From: Oceanispirochaeta sp.
Lineage (GTDB): Bacteria; Spirochaetota; Spirochaetia; DSM-2461
Reading direction: 5' to 3'
DNA: 64,000 bases
Assembly: GCA_963663385.2 (NCBI GenBank)
Contig: CAXXXD010000002.1
Location: forward strand, 1,632,001 to 1,696,000
The translations under genes and the position numbers were made by a program. The notes under the pieces are model-generated. The model saw nothing but the letters and a program-made list of their open reading frames with translations, was not told the DNA's origin and did not search any database. Each line of letters starts with the position of its first letter. Position 1 is the stretch's first letter. This document shows positions 35,153 through 45,265 of this stretch, piece by piece.

Positions 35153-35244
35153 GTATAACGCCGATTTCTGCTGATTGCCGTATATGGCGGAGTTATTGCG
35201 AACAGCAAGAACTGTGACATAGGCAATTCAGTAGCAAATCTTTG
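35153..35244 (-). other. attC site of the PIN cassette (98 bp when rejoined with 41831-41836), split by intron copy C
   Basis: On +, GTATAAC...G|TTATAT; imperfect stem GATTT-CTGCTGA-TTGCC / GGCAAT-TCAGTAGC-AAATC. Confidence 0.88.
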
Positions 35245-35850
35245 GTACGCCCGACATGGCTGTACGCTAATGAGGTGAAAGTCCTCTACAGGTGCCCACG
35301 TATAGTGAACATGCTATACCAACTGTTAGCTGAAGGCAAGGGCATTTCCGCGAGGGAATGTCTGGAGGAAGCCGGAATGCAAAACCGGGAGCCCATGTAC
35401 AAGAATGTGATAGAAGGCTCAGTTCCAGAGGCGAGTCAGCCAATGATGACGATGCCCCGTGGGTATGGAATAGGGTAAATCACAGGGTTGTCCGGGGACA
35501 GTGTACAGTCTTATTCGGGGAGATCTGTCTGCGGGGCGGTAATGTGTTCTTTTAAACTGAGAATCCGGTAGGGAACCGGAAAACCAATCCCCGGCTTTTC
35601 AGAGGGTGACACTCTGGAAATGAGCAAGATTATCTTGAGTACAAATAAGTCGTCACAGGTTTAAAAGCACGGTATAGCATCAACGGGAGCAATCTCGTTG
35701 ATTAGCAGGCAGAAGTCAGCAGAAGGCATAGTAACCAACGCCCGGAGTAATGTCCGGTTCACGGTGAAGGCCTGAACATTTCACAAGGAGGAGCCTTATG
35801 GTTCTCAAAGGAACAATTTTAGCACTGGCCGAAATAACTTTTGGCGAATT

Positions 35851-37040
35851 ATGGAGAAACCAGCCTTGAACGATTCTATGATGGATTTGATTTTATCATC
35901 TGAAAACATGCGTAAGGCCTGGAAACAGGTCAAACGCAATGGCGGCAGTCCGGGAGTCAATGGCATGACTATTGAGAAATTTCCGGAATATCTACGCAGA
36001 AGATGGAGTAAAATCAAGCAAGCTTTGCTTTTGGGGTACTATGTACCCTCTCCGGTGCTCAGGGTGGAAATCCCCAAGAGATCCGGAGGTATGCGAATGC
36101 TGGGTATTCCCACTATTTTAGACAGGGTTATCCAACAGGCTATTTCACAGGTTTTGAATCCTCTATTCGATTCGGATTTTTCGGAAAGCAGTTTTGGATT
36201 CAGGCCGGGAAGATCGGCTCACGGAGCAGTACGACAGGTAAATACCTATGTTAAATCGGGATACAAGTATGCAGTTGATCTGGACTTGGAAAAGTTCTTT
36301 GATACGGTAAATCACGATATTCTGATGCATTGTGTGGCTAAGAAAGTCCGGGACAAATCAGTCCTGAAATTGATTGGCCGCTACCTGAGAGCCGGTATTA
36401 TGGACAAGGAGGGGATTAAAATCCCTACTGAAATCGGGACTCCTCAAGGAGGCCCGTTATCACCTCTACTTTCCAATATCCTTCTTGATAATTTCGATAA
36501 GGAGTTGGAACGGAGAAACCTGTGCTTTGCACGTTACGCAGATGATGCATTAATTGTATCAAAACGCCTGTGTGATGGAAAAGCTATATTGACTGAAATA
36601 AGTGATTATCTCAGTCGCAGGTTAAAATTGGTTGTAAACCAGAAGAAAAGCAAGGTGTGTAAAATCTCCGAATGCAGTTTTCTGGGATTCACTTTCAAGG
36701 GTAAGAAAATCCGATGGACTGAATCATCCTTTCGGGAGTTTCAATATCAGTTAAAGCATTTGACAAGACGGTCTTGGGGGGTATCAATGGAATATCGATT
36801 CCGGAAACTTAACGAGTATATCCGGGGGTGGATGAACTATTATGGTATTTCCCAATATTACAGACCTCTACAATCAATTGATGAATGGCTGAGAAGAAGA
36901 ATCCGTATGTGCTACTGGAAACAGTGGCGTTACCCCAGAACAAAAGTCAGGAAACTGATGGAGCTGGGTATTCCGAAAGATTTTGCCATTATGACAGGAG
37001 CAAGTAGTAAGTCCTACTGGCATCTGTCAAAAGGCTATGC
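35851..37040 (+). pseudogene. ltrA: Group II intron RT/maturase truncated by IS66 (397 of 426 aa)
   Basis: Identical to the intact RT up to the IS66 IR. Confidence 0.9.
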
Positions 37041-37087
37041 GTAAGCGGTAATTCTTCCCACATTGACAGCATTTTAGGACTGATGGA

Positions 37088-38650
37088 TCAGATTGCAATA
37101 TCTTCAGCAGTTAAGTTATAGGGAAGTAATTTTTCATAATCACTCTGTTTTTCACAGCAGGGCAATTCCCGGAAGATAAAGTACAAGTAAGCATAAACTG
37201 GAAGATTGTTCATCTTCGCAGATTCAACGAGACTGTACAGAATTGCCGATGATTCAGCACCTTTCGGGCTTCCGGCAAAAAGCCAGTTTTTTCTCCCGAT
37301 TACGAAGGGTCTGATTGCATTTTCAGCGCTATTGTTCGAAGGAGTCAAAACAGGATTTTTCAGATATAGAACCAACTGCTCCCAGTTGCTCAATGTATAC
37401 TTCATCGCCTTACCGAACTCTAAAGAAGGAGGTACTTGAGGATAAAGCTTCGTCAGTTTTTTCTGTAACTTATCTAGTATCGGTTCTGCTCTATTTTGTC
37501 GCTGTTTATGAAACCCTTTTAGCGAATAATTATCCCGTAATGATTCCAGTTCAAACAGATCCTTTATCAGGTCGAGAATTTGCTTTGCTTCTGCATCTTT
37601 TTTCTTGGTTGATTCCCAATATTGGAAGAACTTTCTTCTGGCATGGGCCCAGCATAAGACATGCTTTATATCTCCATCAACTTTTTTTCGGGCAGTATGG
37701 TAGGCCTCAAAATCATCAGTTTGAACCCAGCCAGAGTAATTTTCCAAGAAATCCAACGGAATTGCATGGGATCGGCCTTGCTCATACTGAAATATGACAC
37801 ATTTTTTATCGGGATCTCCTCTGAGAAAGACCCACATCCATGATTTATCTGAAGCTTTTCGTTTCGGTTCCTTTAGAACCTGAACTCTCGTCTCATCGGC
37901 ATTAATAATGGAACCGGATTTAATGTTTTCTTTCAGCAAATCATATAGAGGCTTACATGCCGTTGCCGATTTTATCGTAAGATTGCTCAATGTCGCCCGG
38001 GGGATCGGTATGCCTATCTGGTTTAACCGTTTTGATTGCCTGTAGAAAGGAAGAGCGAACTCAAACTTTTCGCTTATACTCCAAGCGAGCAGGCTTTCAT
38101 CGGCAATACTGCCCGCGACCAGATGCTTTGCTCCTTCTGCGGTCTGTACAGCAGCTTCATCAAGAGTCGTCCCTTCACAATTCTTGCAGGAGTACTTTTT
38201 TCTACGTTCCTGAATAACAACGACTTTTGACGGAATAATTTTTGCTCTCTCGGAAACATCTTCACCGATACAGGTCTTTTCTGTTCCGCAGGCACAGATC
38301 TTATCTTTATCCGGAATATCATATTCCACGATCTCTCTCGGCAGATCTGCCGGCAGAGGTTTCCGGCCGGATTTTTTAATATTTTTCTTGTAGGAACCGA
38401 CCTCAACCGTTTCAATAACATTTTTCTCCTGCTCTTCATCATTCTGAGCAAAAGCACTATCTTCCGCTTCATTGAAGAGAGAAGCTTGTTTCTTATCTTC
38501 GGCAGTTATCTTCTCTGATTTTGTTCCAAAGTGCAGGAGGTTCAGTTTTGCTACTTGCTCCTGGAGAATGGCATTAAGTCTTTTCAGTTCAGCAATTTCT
38601 ATTTTTTGTGCATCAAGTTGTTCTCTTAAATGCTGTTCTTCATTCTCCAT
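37088..38650 (-). CDS. tnpC: IS66 DDE transposase TnpC
   Basis: Protein identical to 27255-28817. Confidence 0.95.
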   Translation of the reverse strand: MENEEQHLREQLDAQKIEIAELKRLNAILQEQVAKLNLLHFGTKSEKITAEDKKQASLFNEAEDSAFAQNDEEQEKNVIETVEVGSYKKNIKKSGRKPLPADLPREIVEYDIPDKDKICACGTEKTCIGEDVSERAKIIPSKVVVIQERRKKYSCKNCEGTTLDEAAVQTAEGAKHLVAGSIADESLLAWSISEKFEFALPFYRQSKRLNQIGIPIPRATLSNLTIKSATACKPLYDLLKENIKSGSIINADETRVQVLKEPKRKASDKSWMWVFLRGDPDKKCVIFQYEQGRSHAIPLDFLENYSGWVQTDDFEAYHTARKKVDGDIKHVLCWAHARRKFFQYWESTKKKDAEAKQILDLIKDLFELESLRDNYSLKGFHKQRQNRAEPILDKLQKKLTKLYPQVPPSLEFGKAMKYTLSNWEQLVLYLKNPVLTPSNNSAENAIRPFVIGRKNWLFAGSPKGAESSAILYSLVESAKMNNLPVYAYLYFIFRELPCCEKQSDYEKLLPYNLTAEDIAI

Positions 38651-38826
38651 ACGGGGAATTCTATCAAAGTTTCTATAATTATAAAATCTCTAAATACGGG
38701 AATGTGAGCAACGGTGCTAGAGTTCCTACATTCAGCGGCGAAAAAGTTCCGCTTTTACTGACATAAAAAGGGGCAAATATCCTAAAGTAGAGATTACCAC
38801 ACCTACTACAAAAGGAACCTGCCCCT

Positions 38827-40110
38827 ATGTGTCAAAAGGAAGATCGCATGCATGTAGCACGCATCATGGCCAACGAAGGCCATACTCAAAAGTATATCGC
38901 TGAGTATCTTGGTGTCAGCGACCGGATGGTAAGGAAATACCTGAATCCGGACTTCAGAACCCGTCCCAGGAAATCCCGGGAAAGCATCCTTAAACCATTC
39001 TACCCCATAATAGAAGATACCTTGGAAAATGATCCATACTTCAACCTCGTTTATCTTCATGAGAGACTACAAAACTCCGGTTATTCTGGAAAAATGACAA
39101 TCCTACGTGACTATGCCCGGAAGTACAGGAAGAAACTGATTGAGAAAGCAGTAATCCGCTTTGAAACAGAGCCGGGAAGACAGGCCCAAGTTGACTGGAA
39201 AGAATGCGGAAAAATGGAGATTGATGGCAAACTTCAGAAAGTATATGCATTTGTCATGCTGCTGGGATATAGTAGGATCCCGTTTGTCCTTTTCTCCTTG
39301 GATATGACCTCGCCGACATTGCTCCAAGCCCATCTGATGGCATTCCGGTTCTTCGGTGCTGTTCCGAAGGAAATTCTTTACGACAACATGAGAACAGCCT
39401 GGTACAACAACGGCGGTGTCTGGCACGTGAACTCAAAGCTCCTGGCCTTTGCTTCAGCCTGTGGTTTCACTCCTCTTCGCTGCCAAGTTCGTAGACCGCA
39501 AACTAAGGGAAAGGTAGAGCGTTTTATCGGTTACCTGGGCCACAACTTCTTGATCCGTGAAGAAGCAATGAAGAGCCGCTCAATAAACGATTTAAACCTG
39601 ACTGTCTCCAAATGGATCAAAACAGTAGTGGAACAGCAGATGAGCCAATTTAAACAGACTCGAAAAGAGAGATTTGAGTACGAAAGGCAGTTTATGAACC
39701 CTTGGAACCCTGAGGCAGCTCCAGATGTAAGGCTGGTTAAAGAACTGCTTGTCTCCAGAGAAGGGTTTATTCGTTTTGAATCAAACAAGTACAGCATTCC
39801 CGCGGACTTCATAGGACAAGTTGCGACACTGAAAGTAGATACGCTGGCAAGAACTGCCGCTATCTTCATTGATGGGGCCCCTGTTAGAACCTTCAAGCTT
39901 CTGACAAAAGGTGCGAAATTAGAATCTATCCGAAAGATTGATACCGACTCACTGGTTAAACGCTGGAAGAAAGAGAATCGCATGACAAAAAGGAATGTCG
40001 TTGCCAGTGTCCCGGAAATAAAGAATACTCCCAGGTCATCATTGATGCATACAGAGGTTGATACACGCCATCCTGAAAGCTACGACAAGCTTATGGGGGT
40101 AACAGCATGA
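38827..40110 (+). CDS. istA: IS21 transposase IstA
   Basis: HTH, RFETEPGRQAQVDW, ILYDNM, PQTKGKVER. Confidence 0.95.
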   Translation: MCQKEDRMHVARIMANEGHTQKYIAEYLGVSDRMVRKYLNPDFRTRPRKSRESILKPFYPIIEDTLENDPYFNLVYLHERLQNSGYSGKMTILRDYARKYRKKLIEKAVIRFETEPGRQAQVDWKECGKMEIDGKLQKVYAFVMLLGYSRIPFVLFSLDMTSPTLLQAHLMAFRFFGAVPKEILYDNMRTAWYNNGGVWHVNSKLLAFASACGFTPLRCQVRRPQTKGKVERFIGYLGHNFLIREEAMKSRSINDLNLTVSKWIKTVVEQQMSQFKQTRKERFEYERQFMNPWNPEAAPDVRLVKELLVSREGFIRFESNKYSIPADFIGQVATLKVDTLARTAAIFIDGAPVRTFKLLTKGAKLESIRKIDTDSLVKRWKKENRMTKRNVVASVPEIKNTPRSSLMHTEVDTRHPESYDKLMGVTA

Positions 40111-40871
40111 ATGTACTGCAGGAGACCATAGAGATCAGGATGAACGACTTAGGGCTGGAGTTTATGGCGGCGGGGTTGGAGAGCTTCCTTGAAGCTCAAT
40201 CTCACACAGAAAACACTCTCTCTCAGTCAATTGCAGACCTATTGGAACTGGAGTACGTTCCCCGTAAGGAGAGAGCTGCAAAAAGCCGTCTGAAGCTCTC
40301 TGGAATGCCATCGATCAAGCTATTAGAGGACTTCGACCTATCCTGGTTGAAGGGAGGATTGACCGCTGCTCAACTGGCAGAGTTTTCTAGTCTGGCTTTC
40401 ATTGAAAGAAAGGAAAATCTAGTACTGATGGGGCCAAGTGGATTGGGTAAAACCCATTTGATGCTAGCTCTGGCTCATAAAGCCTGTCAGAATGGTTATA
40501 CTGTATGGTATACAAGCTGCATCGATCTGATGGAGAATCTGACCCATGCCCGGGAGCAGGGGCGGTTGAAGCGACGGCTTACCTGGCTTAGAAAGCCTCA
40601 TCTCATCCTTATCGATGAAGTTGGCTACGAGAACCTGACGAAAGAACAGGCCAACTTGTTTTTTCAGATTGTAAACACCCGCTATGAACAAGGCAGTATG
40701 ATCATCACCACAAACAAGTCTTTCGGTCGTTGGGCTGAGATTCTGGATGATGAAGCCATTGCGACAGCGACTATAGACAGGCTCCTTCACCATGCACATG
40801 TCCTGAGTCTTAAAGGGGATTCATACCGGATGAAAGACCGGTTGAAAATAGGGATCGTTGATCCTGTTTAA
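40107..40871 (+). CDS. istB: IS21 AAA+ helper ATPase IstB
   Basis: GPSGLGKTHL, LILIDEVG, IITTNK, DRLLHHA, GDSYR. Confidence 0.95.
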   Translation: MNVLQETIEIRMNDLGLEFMAAGLESFLEAQSHTENTLSQSIADLLELEYVPRKERAAKSRLKLSGMPSIKLLEDFDLSWLKGGLTAAQLAEFSSLAFIERKENLVLMGPSGLGKTHLMLALAHKACQNGYTVWYTSCIDLMENLTHAREQGRLKRRLTWLRKPHLILIDEVGYENLTKEQANLFFQIVNTRYEQGSMIITTNKSFGRWAEILDDEAIATATIDRLLHHAHVLSLKGDSYRMKDRLKIGIVDPV

Positions 40872-41271
40872 TTTTACCCAGAAGCGGAACTTTTAAACCG
40901 TTGAAATGAGGAACTTTTTCACCGCTGTTGACACGGGAATATGATAATTTTTTATGCGCTTTGAAAAAGTCTATTCCCGTCAGGAGCATTTTCAATTCAT
41001 CCATGCTGATCTCTTTAGCATCTTCATCTGTTTCCGGCCAGGGATATCTGTTCTCTTCCAGTCTCTTCTGCCAGAGACAAAAACCGGTATTATCCCAGTA
41101 GACAATTTTCAGAAGTTTTCTCTGCCGGTTACAAAAGAGGAATAGCGATTTGGCGAATAAATCATGATTCATTTCATTCTGGATAAACAGAGATAATCCG
41201 TTGATCGCTTTTCTTAAGTCTGTCGTGCCGGGTCTCAGAAAGATCCGGTATTCGTTCAGGTCAACAAACAT
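40810..41271 (-). CDS. tnpB: IS66 TnpB with its last codon replaced by a ~40-aa read-through into IS21
   Basis: MFVDLNEY...KKLSYSR followed by IS21-derived VNSGEKVP... Confidence 0.88.
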   Translation of the reverse strand: MFVDLNEYRIFLRPGTTDLRKAINGLSLFIQNEMNHDLFAKSLFLFCNRQRKLLKIVYWDNTGFCLWQKRLEENRYPWPETDEDAKEISMDELKMLLTGIDFFKAHKKLSYSRVNSGEKVPHFNGLKVPLLGKIKQDQRSLFSTGLSSGMNPL

Positions 41272-41567
41272 TACAACTCTCTCAGAATCTTCAGAAGATC
41301 TATCAGGGATTGCCTGTTATAACCTGATGCCAGATCCAATGAGAAATCCTTGTATCTGAGTATCATTGTGGGGTTTTGTGGCTGTAATACCGGGGCTTTC
41401 TGTTTGATTTCAATAAAACTGCTTTTCTTTAATTTTTTTCGATTCTTGTAGAAAGATGTATAGTGAACTCCTTTATCTGCGCAGAACTCAGAAATTGTTT
41501 TCCCGCTCTGTTTTTGTTCTTCGATTAATTCAGGCCAATTCCAGTTGGTCATATTAGGTTCCTCCAT
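41271..41567 (-). CDS. tnpA: IS66 accessory protein TnpA
   Basis: Identical to 24586-24882. Confidence 0.88.
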   Translation of the reverse strand: MEEPNMTNWNWPELIEEQKQSGKTISEFCADKGVHYTSFYKNRKKLKKSSFIEIKQKAPVLQPQNPTMILRYKDFSLDLASGYNRQSLIDLLKILREL

Positions 41568-41844
41568 GATTTTTCATGGAGTATATAATCATTTCGAAAT
41601 CACGCAAGATGGAGAGAATTACCGCTTACGGCTATGCAACCAATGCCGCTATGTCCAATAAATGGTTGGAAGAGCAAGGATTGATCAATATTAAGGCCCT
41701 CTGGTGTAAAATCCAGGGCTACACATGATCAAATTATAGTTTCGTTTGCTCCATGGAGTGAACCGCCCTGTGCGGACCCGCATGCAGGGTGGTGTGGGGG
41801 CTGGAGGTTAAAAGCCTCCGGCTACCCGATTTATATATATCGCA

Positions 41845-43128
41845 TTATTCATCAGCAAATAAATCTTTGAGTCGTCTTGATCTTTTAGGATGTCTTAATC
41901 TTCTAAAAGCCTTAGATTCTAAGAATTCAAAATCATCAATATCAAGATCAAGTTTTTCACAAATTTCCTCATCAGAAATGAAATTAATATTTGTAATATA
42001 TTTTGAAAGTATTATTTCTTTTTCAACATCTGGCAATGTTTCTATGCTCTCTTGCATCAAGTCATAGATTTCCTTTTCACTGTATTTGGTTTTTAGTCTA
42101 GGATTTCGTTCCCCAAATATACGACCAATCAATGTTACCACTAGTTCAATATTTCTTTCATTATTTAATGATTTTAAGAATTCAATTTCCTTAATAGTTG
42201 ATTGTACTTGAAGTTCATCGTTTTTATCTATTTTCATTATTTTGTAATTCTGTGCATACTTTATGAATTCATCTATGCTATACATATAAAAAAGTAGATT
42301 GGTTTCATCAGAAAATTCATTTATCAACTCTGGCCTAGGACCTAATATTTTTTTTCCATCTTTCAACCACCAATCTTCTTTAGTTTCATTTGTGATAAAT
42401 ATGATTGATCTTTTTTCTTTTTTTGCTTTTTCTAGAATTTGATTCCAAATAATTAAATCACCAAATTTCTTTAGATTCTCTTTTTCTTTACTATCCATAT
42501 AACCAGGAGGAATACTATTCTGATATCTAAAATCCCCAATTTTCTCTATTTTCTGAAGTACATCATAAGAATATTTTTCACCAATGCAGTTATCAAAAAT
42601 ATCTGAGACTTTTTCCAAAATAGAATCTGAAACAAGTAATTTAGTGTAATAATTTCTGTATCTCTTTAACTGAATAAAATCATTATATTTGTAAATTGAT
42701 TCAATTGATTCATTTACAGCCTCTAATTCATATTCAAGTTCATTCAGAATATTACTTGTATTAGTAATAAATGGATGGCGCTTTTCCATTTTTGGATTTT
42801 GTCTAAACTTATTCAATTCCTCAATAAATTTCTTTTTAAATGATTCTTTCAAGACACTTTCACTCTCTTCAAATCGCTCGTAAATTCTAATCTGTTCTTT
42901 GATTACTGCAATACGATTATCATGATATTCATGAGCGACTTGATAAGGTAACCATAGTCTATTACTTTTTATTGAGTTGAGTATTTGAATAACATTCTGA
43001 CTTGATTCTTTAGAATATCTATATAAATCTAATAGAACATTTGTATCAAAAACAAAAATACAGTTATTCCATAATTCACTGAATATTTTCTGGTCAAAAT
43101 CATAATATCCTTTTAGAACTTTTCTCAT
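41845..43128 (-). CDS. PIN-like ribonuclease (DUF4935-type) with a C-terminal sigma70 region-4-like domain; cassette gene
   Basis: IFVFDTNVLLDLYRYS, LWLPYQVAHEY, IPPGYMD, GDLIIWNQI, FITNETKEDWW; C-terminus ...ESKAFRRLRHPKRSRRLKDLF. Confidence 0.85.
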   Translation of the reverse strand: MRKVLKGYYDFDQKIFSELWNNCIFVFDTNVLLDLYRYSKESSQNVIQILNSIKSNRLWLPYQVAHEYHDNRIAVIKEQIRIYERFEESESVLKESFKKKFIEELNKFRQNPKMEKRHPFITNTSNILNELEYELEAVNESIESIYKYNDFIQLKRYRNYYTKLLVSDSILEKVSDIFDNCIGEKYSYDVLQKIEKIGDFRYQNSIPPGYMDSKEKENLKKFGDLIIWNQILEKAKKEKRSIIFITNETKEDWWLKDGKKILGPRPELINEFSDETNLLFYMYSIDEFIKYAQNYKIMKIDKNDELQVQSTIKEIEFLKSLNNERNIELVVTLIGRIFGERNPRLKTKYSEKEIYDLMQESIETLPDVEKEIILSKYITNINFISDEEICEKLDLDIDDFEFLESKAFRRLRHPKRSRRLKDLFADE

Positions 43129-43172
43129 CTAATCCTCAATTTTATAAATTTATGCTCTTTAACCTTGTGTCG

Positions 43173-43276
43173 ATATAACATCGATTTAACAAGCGGCCAG
43201 AAAGCTGGCGGATTCTGTGCCTGCGAAGCAGAAAAGCACAGAATGTGAAAGCCTGGACGACTTGTTCAAATCTTTG
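43173..43276 (-). other. attC site of the Abi-alpha/DUF2441 cassette (110 bp when rejoined with 45266-45271), split by intron copy D
   Basis: ATATAAC...G|TTATAC; stems GATTT-AACAAG / CTTGTT-C-AAATC and TTCTGTGC / GCACAGAA. Confidence 0.9.
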
Positions 43277-45265
43277 GTACGCCCGACATGGCTGTACGCT
43301 AATGAGGTGAAAGTCCTCTACAGGTGCCCACGTATAGTGAACATGCTATACCAACTGTTAGCTGAAGGCAAGGGCATTTCCGCGAGGGAATGTCTGGAGG
43401 AAGCCGGAATGCAAAACCGGGAGCCCATGTACAAGAATGTGATAGAAGGCTCAGTTCCAGAGGCGAGTCAGCCAATGATGACGATGCCCCGTGGGTATGG
43501 AATAGGGTAAATCACAGGGTTGTCCGGGGACAGTGTACAGTCTTATTCGGGGAGATCTGTCTGCGGGGCGGTAATGTGTTCTTTTAAACTGAGAATCCGG
43601 TAGGGAACCGGAAAACCAATCCCCGGCTTTTCAGAGGGTGACACTCTGGAAATGAGCAAGATTATCTTGAGTACAAATAAGTCGTCACAGGTTTAAAAGC
43701 ACGGTATAGCATCAACGGGAGCAATCTCGTTGATTAGCAGGCAGAAGTCAGCAGAAGGCATAGTAACCAACGCCCGGAGTAATGTCCGGTTCACGGTGAA
43801 GGCCTGAACATTTCACAAGGAGGAGCCTTATGGTTCTCAAAGGAACAATTTTAGCACTGGCCGAAATAACTTTTGGCGAATTATGGAGAAACCAGCCTTG
43901 AACGATTCTATGATGGATTTGATTTTATCATCTGAAAACATGCGTAAGGCCTGGAAACAGGTCAAACGCAATGGCGGCAGTCCGGGAGTCAATGGCATGA
44001 CTATTGAGAAATTTCCGGAATATCTACGCAGAAGATGGAGTAAAATCAAGCAAGCTTTGCTTTTGGGGTACTATGTACCCTCTCCGGTGCTCAGGGTGGA
44101 AATCCCCAAGAGATCCGGAGGTATGCGAATGCTGGGTATTCCCACTATTTTAGACAGGGTTATCCAACAGGCTATTTCACAGGTTTTGAATCCTCTATTC
44201 GATTCGGATTTTTCGGAAAGCAGTTTTGGATTCAGGCCGGGAAGATCGGCTCACGGAGCAGTACGACAGGTAAATACCTATGTTAAATCGGGATACAAGT
44301 ATGCAGTTGATCTGGACTTGGAAAAGTTCTTTGATACGGTAAATCACGATATTCTGATGCATTGTGTGGCTAAGAAAGTCCGGGACAAATCAGTCCTGAA
44401 ATTGATTGGCCGCTACCTGAGAGCCGGTATTATGGACAAGGAGGGGATTAAAATCCCTACTGAAATCGGGACTCCTCAAGGAGGCCCGTTATCACCTCTA
44501 CTTTCCAATATCCTTCTTGATAATTTCGATAAGGAGTTGGAACGGAGAAACCTGTGCTTTGCACGTTACGCAGATGATGCATTAATTGTATCAAAACGCC
44601 TGTGTGATGGAAAAGCTATATTGACTGAAATAAGTGATTATCTCAGTCGCAGGTTAAAATTGGTTGTAAACCAGAAGAAAAGCAAGGTGTGTAAAATCTC
44701 CGAATGCAGTTTTCTGGGATTCACTTTCAAGGGTAAGAAAATCCGATGGACTGAATCATCCTTTCGGGAGTTTCAATATCAGTTAAAGCATTTGACAAGA
44801 CGGTCTTGGGGGGTATCAATGGAATATCGATTCCGGAAACTTAACGAGTATATCCGGGGGTGGATGAACTATTATGGTATTTCCCAATATTACAGACCTC
44901 TACAATCAATTGATGAATGGCTGAGAAGAAGAATCCGTATGTGCTACTGGAAACAGTGGCGTTACCCCAGAACAAAAGTCAGGAAACTGATGGAGCTGGG
45001 TATTCCGAAAGATTTTGCCATTATGACAGGAGCAAGTAGTAAGTCCTACTGGCATCTGTCAAAAGGCTATGCAACCAATGCCGCTATGTCCAATAAATGG
45101 TTGGAAGAGCAAGGATTGATCAATATTAAGGCCCTCTGGTGTAAAATCCAGGGCTACACATGATCAAATTATAGTTTCGTTTGCTCCATGGAGTGAACCG
45201 CCCTGTGCGGACCCGCATGCAGGGTGGTGTGGGGGCTGGAGGTTAAAAGCCTCCGGCTACCCGAT
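43277..45265 (+). mobile_element. Group II intron copy D (intact)
   Basis: Same ends and length (1,989 bp) as copy B. Confidence 0.97.
43883..45163 (+). CDS. ltrA: Group II intron RT/maturase
   Basis: Identical 426-aa protein. Confidence 0.96.
   Translation: MEKPALNDSMMDLILSSENMRKAWKQVKRNGGSPGVNGMTIEKFPEYLRRRWSKIKQALLLGYYVPSPVLRVEIPKRSGGMRMLGIPTILDRVIQQAISQVLNPLFDSDFSESSFGFRPGRSAHGAVRQVNTYVKSGYKYAVDLDLEKFFDTVNHDILMHCVAKKVRDKSVLKLIGRYLRAGIMDKEGIKIPTEIGTPQGGPLSPLLSNILLDNFDKELERRNLCFARYADDALIVSKRLCDGKAILTEISDYLSRRLKLVVNQKKSKVCKISECSFLGFTFKGKKIRWTESSFREFQYQLKHLTRRSWGVSMEYRFRKLNEYIRGWMNYYGISQYYRPLQSIDEWLRRRIRMCYWKQWRYPRTKVRKLMELGIPKDFAIMTGASSKSYWHLSKGYATNAAMSNKWLEEQGLINIKALWCKIQGYT

Larger units (their letters stand above)
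38703..40933 (+). mobile_element. IS21-family element (2,231 bp)
   Basis: TG...CA ends (TGTGAGCAACGGTG / CACCGCTGTTGACA), internal AAAGTTCC repeats at both ends, 6-bp duplication CGGGAA, istA-istB. Confidence 0.95.
37041..41629 (-). mobile_element. IS66-family element copy 2 (2,352 bp net), carrying an IS21
   Basis: Same IRs as copy 1; 8-bp target duplication GGCTATGC (37033-37040 / 41630-41637). Confidence 0.96.
35245..41830 (+). mobile_element. Group II intron copy C, interrupted by IS66 (37041-41629)
   Basis: Both intron ends present; RT ORF from 35851 is cut at ...SKGYA and resumes at 41630. Confidence 0.95.
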
